Positions 46,473-57,496 of a stretch of DNA of 64,000 bases are shown here, piece after piece (position 1 is the stretch's first letter; each line of letters begins with the position of its first letter). Source of the stretch: an uncultured Alphaproteobacteria bacterium (GTDB lineage Bacteria > Pseudomonadota > Alphaproteobacteria > Reyranellales > Reyranellaceae); contig CAWFYW010000017.1 in assembly GCA_963820155.1 (NCBI GenBank), forward strand, positions 651,020-715,019, in the 5' to 3' direction. The notes beneath the pieces are model-generated. The model was not told the origin of the DNA. It did not search any database and was given only the letters and a program-made list of their open reading frames with translations. The position numbers and the translations under genes are program-made.

Positions 46473-48173
46473 ATGGCTCTCCTCGAACTCAAGGGCGTCT
46501 GCAAGGGCTACGGCGAGGCCGGGCGCCGCAGCGAGGTGCTGCACGACGTCAACCTCGCCGTCGAGGAAGGCGAGGTCGTGGCCATCGTGGGCTTCTCCGG
46601 CTCGGGCAAGACGACCCTGATCTCGCTCATGGCAGGGCTGGCCGCGCCCGACGTCGGCGAGGTCACCATTCGCGGCCGCAAGGTCGAGGGCGCCGGTCCC
46701 GACCGTGGCGTCGTCTTCCAGTCCTATTCGCTGATGCCCTGGCTCACCGTCACGGCCAACGTGGCGCTGGCGGTGGACGCGGTCTTCAGGGGCGCGCCGC
46801 GCGCCGAGCGGCAGGCGCGCGTGCGGCGCTATGTCGAGATGGTGGGCCTCGGTCACGCCGCCGATCGCCGGCCGGCCGAGCTCTCCGGCGGCATGCGCCA
46901 GCGCGTCGCCGTCGCCCGCGCGCTCGCCACCGATCCCGACATCCTGCTGCTCGACGAGCCGCTGTCGGCGCTCGATGCGCTGACCCGCGCCAAGCTGCAG
47001 GACGAGTTCGAGGATATCCGCGCGCAGGAAGGCAAGACAATCGTCCTGATCACCAACGACGTCGACGAGGCCATCCTGCTGGCCGACCGCATCGTGCCGC
47101 TGAAGCCCGGTCCAAAGGCCACTCTCGGCCCGTCCTTTCCGGTGACGATTGGCCGTCCGCGGCATCGCATGGCGCTCAACGACGATCCGACCTTCAAGCG
47201 CCTGCGCGCCGACGTCACCCGGTACCTGATGGAGCTCGGCATCGAGCACGGCACCAAGGTGGAGGAGCGGCGCTTGCCCGACGTCCAATCGGTCGTTCAG
47301 CTCGAGCCGCCGCCGGAGCCTGTGCGCAAGGCGGGCCGGTCGGCCATCCTCGACCGCTATGTCGAGTTCTTCGATGTCAGGAAGGTCTATCCGACGCCAA
47401 AGGGCCCGCTGACCGTCGTCGAGAAGTTCCAGCTCCTGATGAAGAAGGGCGAGTTCGTCTCGCTGATCGGTCATTCGGGATGCGGCAAGTCGACGGTTCT
47501 GTCCATGGTCGCGGGCCTGACCGGGATCTCGGGCGGCGGCGTCGTGCTCGACGGGCGCGAAGTCGATGCGGCGGGGCCCGACCGCGCCGTCGTGTTCCAG
47601 GCGCCGTCGCTGATGCCCTGGCTGACGGCGCGCGAGAACGTGGCGCTGGGCGTCGACAAGGTCTATCCCCACGCCACGCCCGCCGAGCGGCGCGACATCG
47701 TCGAATACTACCTGGCGCGGGTCGGCCTCGCCGATGCCATGCACAGGCTGGCGAGCGAGCTGTCCAACGGCATGAAGCAGCGCGTCGGCATCGCCCGCGC
47801 CTTCGCGCTGTCGCCCAAGCTGCTGCTGCTCGACGAGCCGTTCGGCATGCTCGACAGCCTGACGCGCTGGGAGCTGCAGGAAGTGCTGATGGATGTGTGG
47901 AAGCGCACGCAGGTCACCGCGATCTGCATCACCCACGACGTCGACGAGGCGATCCTGCTGGCCGATCGCATCGTCATGATGACCAACGGCCCCCATGCCA
48001 CGATCGGCAGGATCCTCGACGTACCGCTGCCCCGGCCGCGCACGCGCAAGGCGCTGCTCGAGCATCCCGACTACTACCGCTATCGCCGCGAGGTCCTGAC
48101 TTTCCTGGAGGAATACGAACACGGCGCCAGGCCCGGGGCGGCCGCGACGCCGGTTGCCAAGGTGGCGGCATGA
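46473..48173 (+). CDS. nrtC: Nitrate ABC ATP-binding protein, two NBDs fused (NrtC/NrtD-type)
   Basis: GFSGSGKT...LSGGMRQR...LDEP and GHSGCGKS...LSNGMKQR...LDEPFG in one frame. Confidence 0.9.
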   Translation: MALLELKGVCKGYGEAGRRSEVLHDVNLAVEEGEVVAIVGFSGSGKTTLISLMAGLAAPDVGEVTIRGRKVEGAGPDRGVVFQSYSLMPWLTVTANVALAVDAVFRGAPRAERQARVRRYVEMVGLGHAADRRPAELSGGMRQRVAVARALATDPDILLLDEPLSALDALTRAKLQDEFEDIRAQEGKTIVLITNDVDEAILLADRIVPLKPGPKATLGPSFPVTIGRPRHRMALNDDPTFKRLRADVTRYLMELGIEHGTKVEERRLPDVQSVVQLEPPPEPVRKAGRSAILDRYVEFFDVRKVYPTPKGPLTVVEKFQLLMKKGEFVSLIGHSGCGKSTVLSMVAGLTGISGGGVVLDGREVDAAGPDRAVVFQAPSLMPWLTARENVALGVDKVYPHATPAERRDIVEYYLARVGLADAMHRLASELSNGMKQRVGIARAFALSPKLLLLDEPFGMLDSLTRWELQEVLMDVWKRTQVTAICITHDVDEAILLADRIVMMTNGPHATIGRILDVPLPRPRTRKALLEHPDYYRYRREVLTFLEEYEHGARPGAAATPVAKVAA

Positions 48174-49951
48174 GCGAATTCGACGACCAGCAGAAGCAGT
48201 GGCTGCAGGGCTTCATGAGCGGCATCGAGGCCCGCAAGGCCGCGGACAAGCTCGCGAACCGCGCCTCCGGCGCGCCGGCGGCTCAGCCGATCGGCCCCGA
48301 CGCCCTGCAACATGCCGCCCAGGACCGCACCGTCGCGGCCGGCGGCAAGCTGGTCGCCGAGGAGGCCGCCAAGCGCGCGCGCCATCCGCTCGATCGCTGG
48401 GACGAGGTGGTAGGGCGCGCCGAGGCCGGCCAGTTCCCCAAGGGCATCGACGTCTTCCTCACGAAGTATCAGGGACTGTTCTACGTCGCGCCGGCGCAGG
48501 ACGCCTTCATGTGCCGCCTGCGTGTCCCCAACGGCATCCTCAACGCGTGGCAGATGCGCGGCCTGGCGGATGCCGCCGATTCCTTCGGTGGCGGCTATGC
48601 CGACGTGACCACGCGCGCCAACCTGCAGATCCGCGAGATCGGCGCCCGCCACGCCGTCGACATGCTGCTGGCCGTGCAGGCGCTCGGCCTCACTTCGCGC
48701 GGCTCCGGCGCCGACAACATCCGCAACATCACCGGCAGCCCCACCGCCGGCATCGACCCGCAGGAGCTCATCGACACGCGGCCGCTCTGCCGCGCGCTGC
48801 ATCACTACATCCTCAATCATCGCGAAATGTACGGCCTGCCGCGCAAGTTCAACATCGCCTTCGACGGCGGCGGCCGTGTGCCCGTGCTGGAGGACACCAA
48901 CGATATCGGCTTCGCCGCCTGCCAGGTGACGGGCGGCGCGGGCTTCGAGCCGGGCGTCTACTTCCGCCTGCAGCTCGGCGGCATCACCGGCCATCTCGAT
49001 TTCGCCTTCGAGACCGGGATCCTGCTGAAGCCCGGGGAATGCGTCGGCGTCGCGGGCGCCGTGGTGCGCGCCTTCATCGCCCACGGCGATCGCACCAACC
49101 GCCTGAAGGCGCGCCTGAAATACGTGCTCGACCGACTGGGTCGCGAGGCCTTCATCGCCGAGGTCGAGAAGGAATACGGCGCGCCGCTGCGCCGCGCCGC
49201 CGGCGCCGAGCGGGCGCCGCGGCTGGCCGCCGACAAGGGAGGCCATGTCGGCGTGCATCCGCAGAAGCAGCCGGGGCTCAACTATCTCGGCCTGGTGCTG
49301 CCGGTCGGCCGCCTGACCTCGGCGCAGATGCGCGGCCTCGGCGAGATCGCCGAGCGCTTCGGCAGCGGCACGCTGCGTCTCACCGTGTGGCAGAACCTGT
49401 TGATCTCCGACGTCGCCGACCGCGACCTCGGCGTCTGCATCGCCGCCATCGCCGCGCTTGGCCTGGGCGTCGAGGCGAGCGCCATCCGGCGCGGCCTGGT
49501 GGCCTGCACCGGCAATGCCGGCTGCAAGTTCTCGGCCTCCAACACCAAGGGCCACGCGCTGAAGCTCGCCGACTATCTCGAGGCCAGGGTGGCGGTGGAC
49601 CTGCCCATCAACATCCACCTCACCGGCTGCCATCATTCCTGCGCCCAGCACTATGTCGGCGACATCGGCCTGCTTGCCTGCAAGGTCGAGCGGGGAGAGG
49701 AGAGCATCGAGGGCTATCACGTCTATATCGGCGGCGGCGCGGCCTCGACGGCCGAGCAGGCGATGGCCCGTGAATACGCCCAGTCGGTCGCCTTCGACGA
49801 CCTGCCGCCGCTGATCGAAAGGCTGCTTGCAGCCTGGCTTGCCGATCGCCAGGCGCCGACTAAGTCCTTCTTCGAGTTCTGCCGCCGCTACCAGATCGCC
49901 GAGCTGCGCGAGCTTGCCGATCGGGCGCCGGTACGGGCGCTCGCGGCATGA
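48170..49951 (+). CDS. nirA: Ferredoxin-type nitrite reductase (siroheme)
   Basis: [50 protein letters not shown]. Confidence 0.9.
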   Translation: MSEFDDQQKQWLQGFMSGIEARKAADKLANRASGAPAAQPIGPDALQHAAQDRTVAAGGKLVAEEAAKRARHPLDRWDEVVGRAEAGQFPKGIDVFLTKYQGLFYVAPAQDAFMCRLRVPNGILNAWQMRGLADAADSFGGGYADVTTRANLQIREIGARHAVDMLLAVQALGLTSRGSGADNIRNITGSPTAGIDPQELIDTRPLCRALHHYILNHREMYGLPRKFNIAFDGGGRVPVLEDTNDIGFAACQVTGGAGFEPGVYFRLQLGGITGHLDFAFETGILLKPGECVGVAGAVVRAFIAHGDRTNRLKARLKYVLDRLGREAFIAEVEKEYGAPLRRAAGAERAPRLAADKGGHVGVHPQKQPGLNYLGLVLPVGRLTSAQMRGLGEIAERFGSGTLRLTVWQNLLISDVADRDLGVCIAAIAALGLGVEASAIRRGLVACTGNAGCKFSASNTKGHALKLADYLEARVAVDLPINIHLTGCHHSCAQHYVGDIGLLACKVERGEESIEGYHVYIGGGAASTAEQAMAREYAQSVAFDDLPPLIERLLAAWLADRQAPTKSFFEFCRRYQIAELRELADRAPVRALAA

Positions 49952-51525
49952 ATGCGCTCGCGCCCATCCCGTCGCTGATCCCGGAGAACGCGCCGTTCTC
50001 CAGCGAGCAGCGCGCCTGGCTGAACGGCTTCTTCGCCGCCTATCTCGGCGTGAGCGGCGAGACCGCGGCCGAAGAAGCGGCGGCGCCCGCCGAGCCCGAC
50101 GAGGAGTTCCCCTGGCACGATCCCGCGCTCGCCCTGGCCGAGCGGCTGGAGCTGGCCAGGGACCGCAAGCCCAGCCGCCGGCTCATGGCGGCGACCGCCC
50201 AGCTCGACTGCGGCCAATGCGGCTATCTCTGCCAGACCTACGCCGAAGCCATGTGGTCGGGCGTCGAGCCCGACCTCGGCCGCTGCGTGCCGGGCGGCAA
50301 GGAGACCCAGCGCAAGCTGAAGGAGCTGATGGCGGCGCTGGAATCGCAGCGCGACGGTGTCGCCGCGCCCGCGGTCAAGCCGGCGGGTCCGCTCGGCACG
50401 CGCGACAGGCCCGCGCTCGCCACCCTGGTCGACGCCCATCCGCTGAACCGCGCCGGCTCGACCAAGGATGTGCGCCACGTCGTGTTCGATCTGTCGACCA
50501 CCGATCTCACCTACGAGGCGGGCGACAGTCTCGGCGTCTTCGCGCGCAAGAATCCCGAACTCGTGCAGTCGGTGCTCGACCGGTTGGGCGCCACCGGCGA
50601 GGAGATGGTGGGCTTCGACGGCGAAGCGCTGCCCTTGCGCCAGGTGCTGCTGAGCAAGGTCGATATCGCGCGGCCCAGCGACGACTGCTTGTTGTTCCTG
50701 GCCACGCGTGCCTTCGACGGCGAGGAGGCGCTGAAGCTGCAGGCGCTGGCCCGGGGCGAAGGGCCGCCGGACCTGGCCGAGGCCGACCTGCTCGACCTGC
50801 TGCTGGCGTTCCCCTCGGTGACGCCGTCGCTGCCCGGTCTCCTGAAGTCGCTCGATCGCCTGCAACCCCGGCTCTACTCCATCGCCTCCTCGCCGAAGGC
50901 CCATCCGCGCGAGGTGCATCTCACCGTGTCGGCGGTGCGCTGGGATGCCAACGACCGCCAGCGCACCGGCATCGGCTCGTGCTACCTCGCCGACTTCGCC
51001 AAGCCGGGCGACGTGGTGCCGGTGTTCGTGCAGAAGAGCCACGCCTTCGCGCCGCCCGTCGACGACACCGTGCCCACCATCATGGTGGGCCCCGGCACCG
51101 GCATCGCACCGTTCCGCGCCTTCCTCGAGGAGCGCGATGCGCGCAGTGCAGCCTCGGGGAGGAAGGGGGGGCCGAACTGGTTGTTCTTCGGCGACCAGAA
51201 GCGCGCCACCGACTTCCTGTACGAGGACCAGATCGTCGATTGGCAGCGCCGCGGCCTGCTCAGCCGTCTCGACCTCGCCTTCTCGCGCGACCAGGCGGAG
51301 AAGGTCTATGTCCAGCACCGCATGCGCGAGGCGGCCGACGAGCTCTGGCGCTGGCTGCAGGACGGCGCGCACTTCTATGTCTGCGGCGACGCCAAGCGCA
51401 TGGCCAAGGACGTCGAGGACACGCTGCTCGCGATCGCGGCCGAGCAGGGCGGCAAGGGGGCGGCGGCCAAGGCCTGGCTCGATGGCCTGGCCAGGGCCGG
51501 CCGCTACCAGCGCGATGTGTACTGA
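49948..51525 (+). CDS. CysJ-like NAD(P)H/FAD reductase with an RnfB-type FeS domain in place of flavodoxin
   Basis: LDCGQCGYLCQTYA...RCVPGG, PRLYSIASS, GPGTGIAPFRAFL, FSRDQ..KVYVQH, YVCGDAKRMAKDV, RYQRDVY. Confidence 0.85.
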   Translation: MNALAPIPSLIPENAPFSSEQRAWLNGFFAAYLGVSGETAAEEAAAPAEPDEEFPWHDPALALAERLELARDRKPSRRLMAATAQLDCGQCGYLCQTYAEAMWSGVEPDLGRCVPGGKETQRKLKELMAALESQRDGVAAPAVKPAGPLGTRDRPALATLVDAHPLNRAGSTKDVRHVVFDLSTTDLTYEAGDSLGVFARKNPELVQSVLDRLGATGEEMVGFDGEALPLRQVLLSKVDIARPSDDCLLFLATRAFDGEEALKLQALARGEGPPDLAEADLLDLLLAFPSVTPSLPGLLKSLDRLQPRLYSIASSPKAHPREVHLTVSAVRWDANDRQRTGIGSCYLADFAKPGDVVPVFVQKSHAFAPPVDDTVPTIMVGPGTGIAPFRAFLEERDARSAASGRKGGPNWLFFGDQKRATDFLYEDQIVDWQRRGLLSRLDLAFSRDQAEKVYVQHRMREAADELWRWLQDGAHFYVCGDAKRMAKDVEDTLLAIAAEQGGKGAAAKAWLDGLARAGRYQRDVY

Positions 51526-51546
51526 ATCTTCCGGTCCAAAAAAGCC

Positions 51547-54174
51547 ATGAGTGCCGTCCGCACCACCTGTCCCTATTGCGGCGTGGGATGCGGCATCGTC
51601 GCCACGCCGGACGGCTGCGGCGGCGCGGAGATCGTCGGCGATCGCGACCATCCGGCCAATCGCGGGCGGCTCTGCTCCAAGGGCGCGGCGCTGGGCGAGA
51701 CGCTGTCGCTGGAAGACCGGCTGCTGCATCCCGAGATCGACGGGCGGCGCGTGTCGTGGGATCGCGCGCTCGATGCCGTGGCCGACGGCTTGCGCGAGGT
51801 CATCGGCCGGCACGGACCGGAGGCCGTGGCCTTCTACGTCTCCGGCCAGCTCCTGACCGAGGACTATTACGCGGTCAACAAGCTCAGCAAGGGCTTCCTC
51901 GGCACCGCGAACATCGACACCAATTCGCGGCTCTGCATGGCCTCGTCGGTCGCGGGCCACAAGCGCGCCTTCGGCGGCGACATCGTGCCGGGCCTCTACG
52001 AGGATTTCGACCAGGCCGATCTCGTCGTGCTGGTCGGCAGCAACCTCGCCTGGTGCCATCCGGTGCTGTTCCAGCGGCTGGAAGCCGCCAAGCACGAGCG
52101 GCCGCGCCTCAGGATCGTGGTGATCGACCCACGCCGCACCGAAACCTGCGACATCGCCGACCTTCACCTCGCGTTGCGGCCCGGCAGCGACGTGGCGCTG
52201 TTCAACGGCCTGCTGGTCGAGCTGGAGCGCCGCGGCTTGCGCGACCGGTCCTTCGTCGATCGGCACACGACCGGCCTCGACGATGCCCTGGCCGCAGCGC
52301 GCGCGGGCGACCTTGGCGCATGCGATGTGCCGGCGGCCGATCTCGCCACCTTCTTCGACTGGTTCGCCAAGGCCGGCAAGGCCGTCACGCTCTATTCGCA
52401 GGGCGTCAACCAGTCGAGCGCCGGCGTCGACAAGGTCAACGCCCTCATCAACTGCCATCTCCTGACCGGTCGCATCGGCCGGCCGGGCATGGGACCGTTC
52501 TCCATCACCGGCCAGCCCAACGCCATGGGCGGCCGCGAGGTGGGCGCGCTTTCCAACACGCTCGCCGCGCATATGGACTTCACCGCGGACGACATCGATC
52601 GCGTCCGCCGCTTCTGGCGCGCGCCGCGGATGGCGGAGCGTCCCGGCCTGAAGGCGGTCGACCTGTTCGAGGCCGTCGGTCGCGGCGAGATCAAGGCGGT
52701 GTGGATCATGGCGACCAATCCGGTCGCAAGCCTGCCCGACGCCGACGCCGTGCGCGACGCGTTGAAGCATTGCGACCTGTCGATCGTTTCCGAGTCGGTG
52801 CGCGCCAGCGACACCGTCGATGCCTGCCGCATCCGCCTGCCGGCGCTCGCCTGGGCGGAGAAGGACGGTACGGTCACCAACTCGGAGCGCGCCATCTCGC
52901 GCCAGCGGTCGTTCCTGCCACCGCCCGGCGATGCGCGGCAGGATTGGTGGATCGTGGCCGAGGTCGCGCGGCGCCTGGGCTTCGGCGCGGCATTCGCCTG
53001 GACCGGTCCCGCCGACATCTTCCGCGAGCATGCCGCGCTGTCGGCTTTCGAGAATGGCGGCACGCGCGCCTTCGATATCGGCGCCCATGCCGGCCTCGAC
53101 GATCGCGGCTACGAGACATTGGCGCCGTTCGTCTGGCCGGCGCCGTCCGATGGCGAGCCGGCCGGCCGCTTCTTCGCCGAGGGCGGCTTCTTTCACCCCG
53201 ATCGGCGCGCGCGCTTCGTGGCGGTGACGGCGCGCGCTCCCTTGCATGCGCCGGGCCGCGAGCGACCGTTGCGGTTGAACACCGGCCGCGTGCGCGACCA
53301 CTGGCACACCATGACCCGCACCGGGAAATCGGCCCGACTGGCCCGCCATCGCGCCGAACCGACAATCGAATTGCATCAGGAGGATGCAACCGCCCGCGAT
53401 TTGGCCGAAGGCGATATCGCGGAGGTGGCGAGCGCCTGGGGGCGCGCCGTCCTACGCGTGCATATCTCAGATGCGCTACGGCAGGGTGACGCCTTCGCGC
53501 CCATGCATTGGACGGCGCAGCTCTCGCGCGCCGGCCGCATCAATGCCGCGGTCAATCCTGCCATCGACCCGATCTCCGGCCAGCCCGAGCTCAAGCACAC
53601 GCCGGTCGAGGTGCGCCGTCTGGCGGTCCGCTGGCATGGCACGATTCTCGCTCATCGCCCGGTGATGCTTCCTGACCTCTCCTATTGGGCGCGTCTCAGG
53701 GGTCCCGGCCATCACGTTTGGCTGATCGCGGGCGAGCAGCCGCTCGAAACGGCGCGACAGGCTTTGTCGGCGGCGGTGCGCGCCACCAATCCCGGCCCTT
53801 GGGTCGAAGGCCGAGGCGGGATCGACGCGGTGATCGACGACGGCCGGCTCGAGGCCGTGATGGCGCTCGGCGAGTCGCGCGACGAGTCGATGCGCGACCG
53901 GCTGGCCCCGTTCATGACCGGCGAGCGCCTGAGCCCGGCGCAGAGGGATCTGCTGTTGCATGGCGGCGACGGCGAAGCGCGCGGCGGCGAGATCTGCGCC
54001 TGCTTCGGCGTGTCGTGCGCCGCGGTGCAGGCCGCCATCACCGAAGGCGCGGCAACTCTGGGCGCCGTCTGCTCGGTGACGCGCGCCGGCACCAATTGCG
54101 GCTCCTGCCGCCCGGAGATCCGCGCGCTCCTGCGCGCCGCACGAGCCGGCACGGCGGCGATGAAGGCGGCGTGA
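51547..54174 (+). CDS. nasA: Assimilatory nitrate reductase catalytic subunit
   Basis: TTCPYCGVGCG..LCSKG, NIDTNSRLCMAS, GQPNAMGGREVG, NTGRVRDHWHTMTRTG, C-terminal BFD-like CACFGV...GTNCGSC. Confidence 0.92.
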   Translation: MSAVRTTCPYCGVGCGIVATPDGCGGAEIVGDRDHPANRGRLCSKGAALGETLSLEDRLLHPEIDGRRVSWDRALDAVADGLREVIGRHGPEAVAFYVSGQLLTEDYYAVNKLSKGFLGTANIDTNSRLCMASSVAGHKRAFGGDIVPGLYEDFDQADLVVLVGSNLAWCHPVLFQRLEAAKHERPRLRIVVIDPRRTETCDIADLHLALRPGSDVALFNGLLVELERRGLRDRSFVDRHTTGLDDALAAARAGDLGACDVPAADLATFFDWFAKAGKAVTLYSQGVNQSSAGVDKVNALINCHLLTGRIGRPGMGPFSITGQPNAMGGREVGALSNTLAAHMDFTADDIDRVRRFWRAPRMAERPGLKAVDLFEAVGRGEIKAVWIMATNPVASLPDADAVRDALKHCDLSIVSESVRASDTVDACRIRLPALAWAEKDGTVTNSERAISRQRSFLPPPGDARQDWWIVAEVARRLGFGAAFAWTGPADIFREHAALSAFENGGTRAFDIGAHAGLDDRGYETLAPFVWPAPSDGEPAGRFFAEGGFFHPDRRARFVAVTARAPLHAPGRERPLRLNTGRVRDHWHTMTRTGKSARLARHRAEPTIELHQEDATARDLAEGDIAEVASAWGRAVLRVHISDALRQGDAFAPMHWTAQLSRAGRINAAVNPAIDPISGQPELKHTPVEVRRLAVRWHGTILAHRPVMLPDLSYWARLRGPGHHVWLIAGEQPLETARQALSAAVRATNPGPWVEGRGGIDAVIDDGRLEAVMALGESRDESMRDRLAPFMTGERLSPAQRDLLLHGGDGEARGGEICACFGVSCAAVQAAITEGAATLGAVCSVTRAGTNCGSCRPEIRALLRAARAGTAAMKAA

Positions 54175-55604
54175 TGCAAAGCTTCCCGCTCTTCCTCTCC
54201 TTGCAGGACCGGCAGGTCCTGGTGGTCGGCGGGACAGACGCGGCGGCGCGCAAGATCGAGCTGCTGTTGTCGGCCGGCGCGCGCGTGACCCTGATTGCCG
54301 ACACCGTGGCGGGCGAGATCGCGCAATTGATCGCCGAGGGATGCATCTCGTGGGCGGGTCGCGCCTTCGGCGAAGAGGATCTTGCCGACATGGCGCTGGT
54401 GATCGTCGCCTGCGAGGACGAGGCGCTGCAGGCCCGCGTGTCGCAGGCCGCGCAGCGGCGTTCGATGCCGGTGAACGTCGTCGACCGGCCGAGGCTTTCG
54501 AGCTTCACCATGCCCGCCATCGTCGACCGCGCGCCCATCACCATCGCCATCTCGACCGGCGGCACCGCGCCGGCATTGGCGCGGCGGCTGCGCGCGGAGA
54601 TCGAGCGCGCGATGCCGGCGGCCATCGGGCGGATGGCGCGCTTCGCCGAGATCTTCCGCGAGCAGGTGCGCCGCACGCTCGACCAGCCGCGCGCGCGGCG
54701 GCGTTTCTGGGACCGCGTCTTCGACGGTCAAGTCGGCGAGATGGCGCTGGCCGGCGACGAGATCGGCGCGCGCCGCGAGTTGATCCGCCTGCTCGATGCG
54801 GCGCGCAACGAGAGCGTGCGCGCGGCCGACCCCGGGCTCGGCGTGGTGCATCTGGTGGGCGCGGGTCCGGGCGATGCGGACTTGCTGACGTTGAAAGCGC
54901 ATCGCCTGCTGCAGCGCGCCGATGCCGTGGTCTACGACCGGCTGGTCTCGCCGGAGATCCTGGCGATGGCGCGGCGCGATGCCGAGCGCCTCTATGTCGG
55001 CAAACGTCCCGGCCATCCCGGCCTGCCGCAGTCGCAGATCAACGAGCGCCTGGTGGCGCTGGCCCGCGCGGGCAAGAGCGTGGTGCGGCTGAAGGGTGGC
55101 GATCCGTTCGTGTTCGGTCGCGGCGGCGAGGAGGTCGAGGCGTTGACCCGGGCCGGCATCGCCGTCGAGGTCGTGCCCGGCGTGACGGCAGCCTTGGGTT
55201 GTGCCGCGAGCGCCGGCATCCCGCTCACCCATCGCGACCATGCGCAGGCCTGCATTTTCGTCACCGGCCATCGTCGCGAGGGCCTGGAGGGCGACCTCGC
55301 GCTCGACTGGCCGATGCTGGCGCGGCCGCGCCAGACCGTTGTCATCTATATGGGTGCCGGGACCTTGGCCGTGATCGCCCGGCAATTGATCGCGCACGGC
55401 CTGCCGGCGGCAACTCCCATTGCCCTGATCGAAAATGGTACAACCAGCCGCGAACGGCGGGTCGTGGGCACATTGGCCACCATCGAGCGACAAGCATTGC
55501 AGGCCAATCTCTTAGGACCAACTCTTTGCGTGGTAGGTGAGGTTGTTGGTCTAGCCCTCGCTCGGGACCGCGAATTTCGCTTTGAGTCCAGAATCGGTCT
55601 CTGA
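54174..55604 (+). CDS. cysG: Siroheme synthase
   Basis: FPLFLSL..R.VLVVGG, ISTGGTAP, VGAGPGDADLLT, RLKGGDPFVFGRGGEE, GIPLTHRD. Confidence 0.92.
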   Translation: MQSFPLFLSLQDRQVLVVGGTDAAARKIELLLSAGARVTLIADTVAGEIAQLIAEGCISWAGRAFGEEDLADMALVIVACEDEALQARVSQAAQRRSMPVNVVDRPRLSSFTMPAIVDRAPITIAISTGGTAPALARRLRAEIERAMPAAIGRMARFAEIFREQVRRTLDQPRARRRFWDRVFDGQVGEMALAGDEIGARRELIRLLDAARNESVRAADPGLGVVHLVGAGPGDADLLTLKAHRLLQRADAVVYDRLVSPEILAMARRDAERLYVGKRPGHPGLPQSQINERLVALARAGKSVVRLKGGDPFVFGRGGEEVEALTRAGIAVEVVPGVTAALGCAASAGIPLTHRDHAQACIFVTGHRREGLEGDLALDWPMLARPRQTVVIYMGAGTLAVIARQLIAHGLPAATPIALIENGTTSRERRVVGTLATIERQALQANLLGPTLCVVGEVVGLALARDREFRFESRIGL

Positions 55605-55646
55605 TAAGAAGGACTGTGGCATAAATACAACAAGGTTGGGGCAGGG

Positions 55647-56384
55647 ATGCACCGTTTCGTATTGTTCTTGGCGGCCCTCCTGGCATTTGCCGGATCGAGC
55701 TTCGCCCAAAGCAATAATGCCGGATCGAACCTTCCCAAGGTTCTGCGCGGGGCCAGTGCAGAAACTTCCATCAAAAGTAAAAAGGCGCCTGTTCGCGCGG
55801 TCGCCCACAAGTCATCGGTAGGCCGCCGCTCGGTCCAGCGGCCTACGATCAAGAGGCCCCCGCAGCAGCATGTGCGGGCCGCGCGCTATGGCGGCTTCAT
55901 GATGGCGCCGCCGCCCCCGCCGCCGGTCCTCGACACGACCAGCCCGCGCACCTTGAGCCTGGTGAACGTCAATTCCGGCGAGGCCCTGACGGTCACCTAC
56001 TGGTCTGACGGCGCCTATCATCGCGATGCCCTCGACAAGCTGAATTACTTCCTGCGCGATACGCGCGAAAACCAGCAGACGGAAATGGATCCGCTGCTGC
56101 TCGACGTGCTGTGGCACACGAGCCGGATCGTGGGCTATGGCGGAACCATCGAGGTTCTGTCGGCCTTCCGTTCGCCCACGACCAACGCCTGGCTGGCCAG
56201 CGTCAGCCGCGGCGTGGCATCGGACAGCCAGCATATGAACGGCAACGCGATGGATATCCGCATGCCGGGCGTGCCGGTGTTCAAGATCCGCCAGGCCGCG
56301 CGCTCGCTCGGCATGGGCGGCGTGGGCTTCTATCCGCGCTCCGGCTTCGTCCATATCGATACCGGCCCCGTCCGCTACTGGTAA
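55647..56384 (+). CDS. DUF882/YcbK (peptidase M15A, MepK-like) protein
   Basis: Signal peptide, [51 protein letters not shown]. Confidence 0.88.
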   Translation: MHRFVLFLAALLAFAGSSFAQSNNAGSNLPKVLRGASAETSIKSKKAPVRAVAHKSSVGRRSVQRPTIKRPPQQHVRAARYGGFMMAPPPPPPVLDTTSPRTLSLVNVNSGEALTVTYWSDGAYHRDALDKLNYFLRDTRENQQTEMDPLLLDVLWHTSRIVGYGGTIEVLSAFRSPTTNAWLASVSRGVASDSQHMNGNAMDIRMPGVPVFKIRQAARSLGMGGVGFYPRSGFVHIDTGPVRYW

Positions 56385-56388
56385 GGCC

Positions 56389-56901
56389 GTGGCGCGCATC
56401 GAAGTCGTCGAAGGCGATATCACCCGCCTCGACGTCGATGCGATCGTGAATGCCGCCAACGAAAGCCTGCGGGGCGGCGGCGGCGTCGACGGCGCCATCC
56501 ATCGCGCCGCCGGCCCCGAGCTTCTGGCCGAATGCCGCACCCTGGGCGGCTGCCCGACCGGGCAAGCGAAAATCACGCGCGGCTATCGCCTGAAGGCCCG
56601 CCACGTCATCCATGCGGTGGGCCCGGTGTGGCGCGGCGGCACGTCGGGCGAGCCCGAACTGCTGGCCAGCTGCTACCGCAACAGCCTGGAACTCGCCGCA
56701 CGGCACGGTCTGGCGAGCATCGCCTTTCCGGCGATCTCGACGGGGATCTACGGCTATCCCAAGGGACCCGCGACCGAGGTCGCGGTGCGCGAGGTCGTGG
56801 CGCATGCCGGCAGCCTCGAGCGCATCCTCTTCTGCTGCTTCGGCGCCGACATGGCCGATCTCTATCGCGCGGTCACTGCCCGAAGCGCTTCGCCGTCTTG
56901 A
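56389..56901 (+). CDS. Macro domain O-acetyl-ADP-ribose deacetylase (YmdB-like)
   Basis: [46 protein letters not shown]. Confidence 0.92.
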   Translation: MARIEVVEGDITRLDVDAIVNAANESLRGGGGVDGAIHRAAGPELLAECRTLGGCPTGQAKITRGYRLKARHVIHAVGPVWRGGTSGEPELLASCYRNSLELAARHGLASIAFPAISTGIYGYPKGPATEVAVREVVAHAGSLERILFCCFGADMADLYRAVTARSASPS

Positions 56902-57448
56902 GATAGTCCAGCTCGGCTTCCGTGCAGGCGCGGGCCAGCACCTCGTTGCGATGCGGGAACCGGCCGAAGCGGGCGATGACCTCGCGATGCTCCAGCGCGT
57001 GCTTCATGGGGTCCTCGTCCTCGAAGGCGGCGAACAGGCTGCAACCCAGCTCCTGGTCGCCAAGCGCCTCGCTGTGCTGGAACGGCATGTAGAAGAACAG
57101 CCGCATCGTCGGATTGAACGCCGTCGGATAGGCCCGCGCCAGCGCGAGCCGCGCGGTTTCCAGCGCCTTGCCGTCGCCCGCGAAGGCGCCCGCCGTCTTG
57201 CGGTGCATGTTGCGCGGGAACTGGTCGCACAGGAGAATGTGGGCCAGGGCGCCGTCGGGCGACTGACGCCAGGAATCGAAGGCGCCGCCGAGCGCCTGCT
57301 CGAAGGCCTCTCCGAAGCGGGTCCGGATCTCGGCGTCGAACTCCGCCGGCGCGGCCCACCACAGGTCGCGCGGCTTGCCGTGGCCGGGATCGGCAAGCGG
57401 CAGGAACCAGAAATCGAGAACATCGCGGATGGACGGCTTCGGGATCAT
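56873..57448 (-). CDS. DUF924 family protein
   Basis: [38 protein letters not shown]. Its 3' end overlaps the macro gene by 29 nt. Confidence 0.9.
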   Translation of the reverse strand: MIPKPSIRDVLDFWFLPLADPGHGKPRDLWWAAPAEFDAEIRTRFGEAFEQALGGAFDSWRQSPDGALAHILLCDQFPRNMHRKTAGAFAGDGKALETARLALARAYPTAFNPTMRLFFYMPFQHSEALGDQELGCSLFAAFEDEDPMKHALEHREVIARFGRFPHRNEVLARACTEAELDYLKTAKRFGQ

Positions 57449-57496
57449 GCGGCTTAGATAGGCCAGCGGCGCGAAGTCCGTCGAGGGAGGAAAAGT

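Noticed and set aside
49827-53489. Very long alternative-frame ORFs (1220 aa +, 1162 aa -, and many similar)
   Set aside because: These are shadow ORFs typical of high-GC DNA. They are Arg/Ala/Pro-rich, have no motifs and fully overlap well-supported genes.
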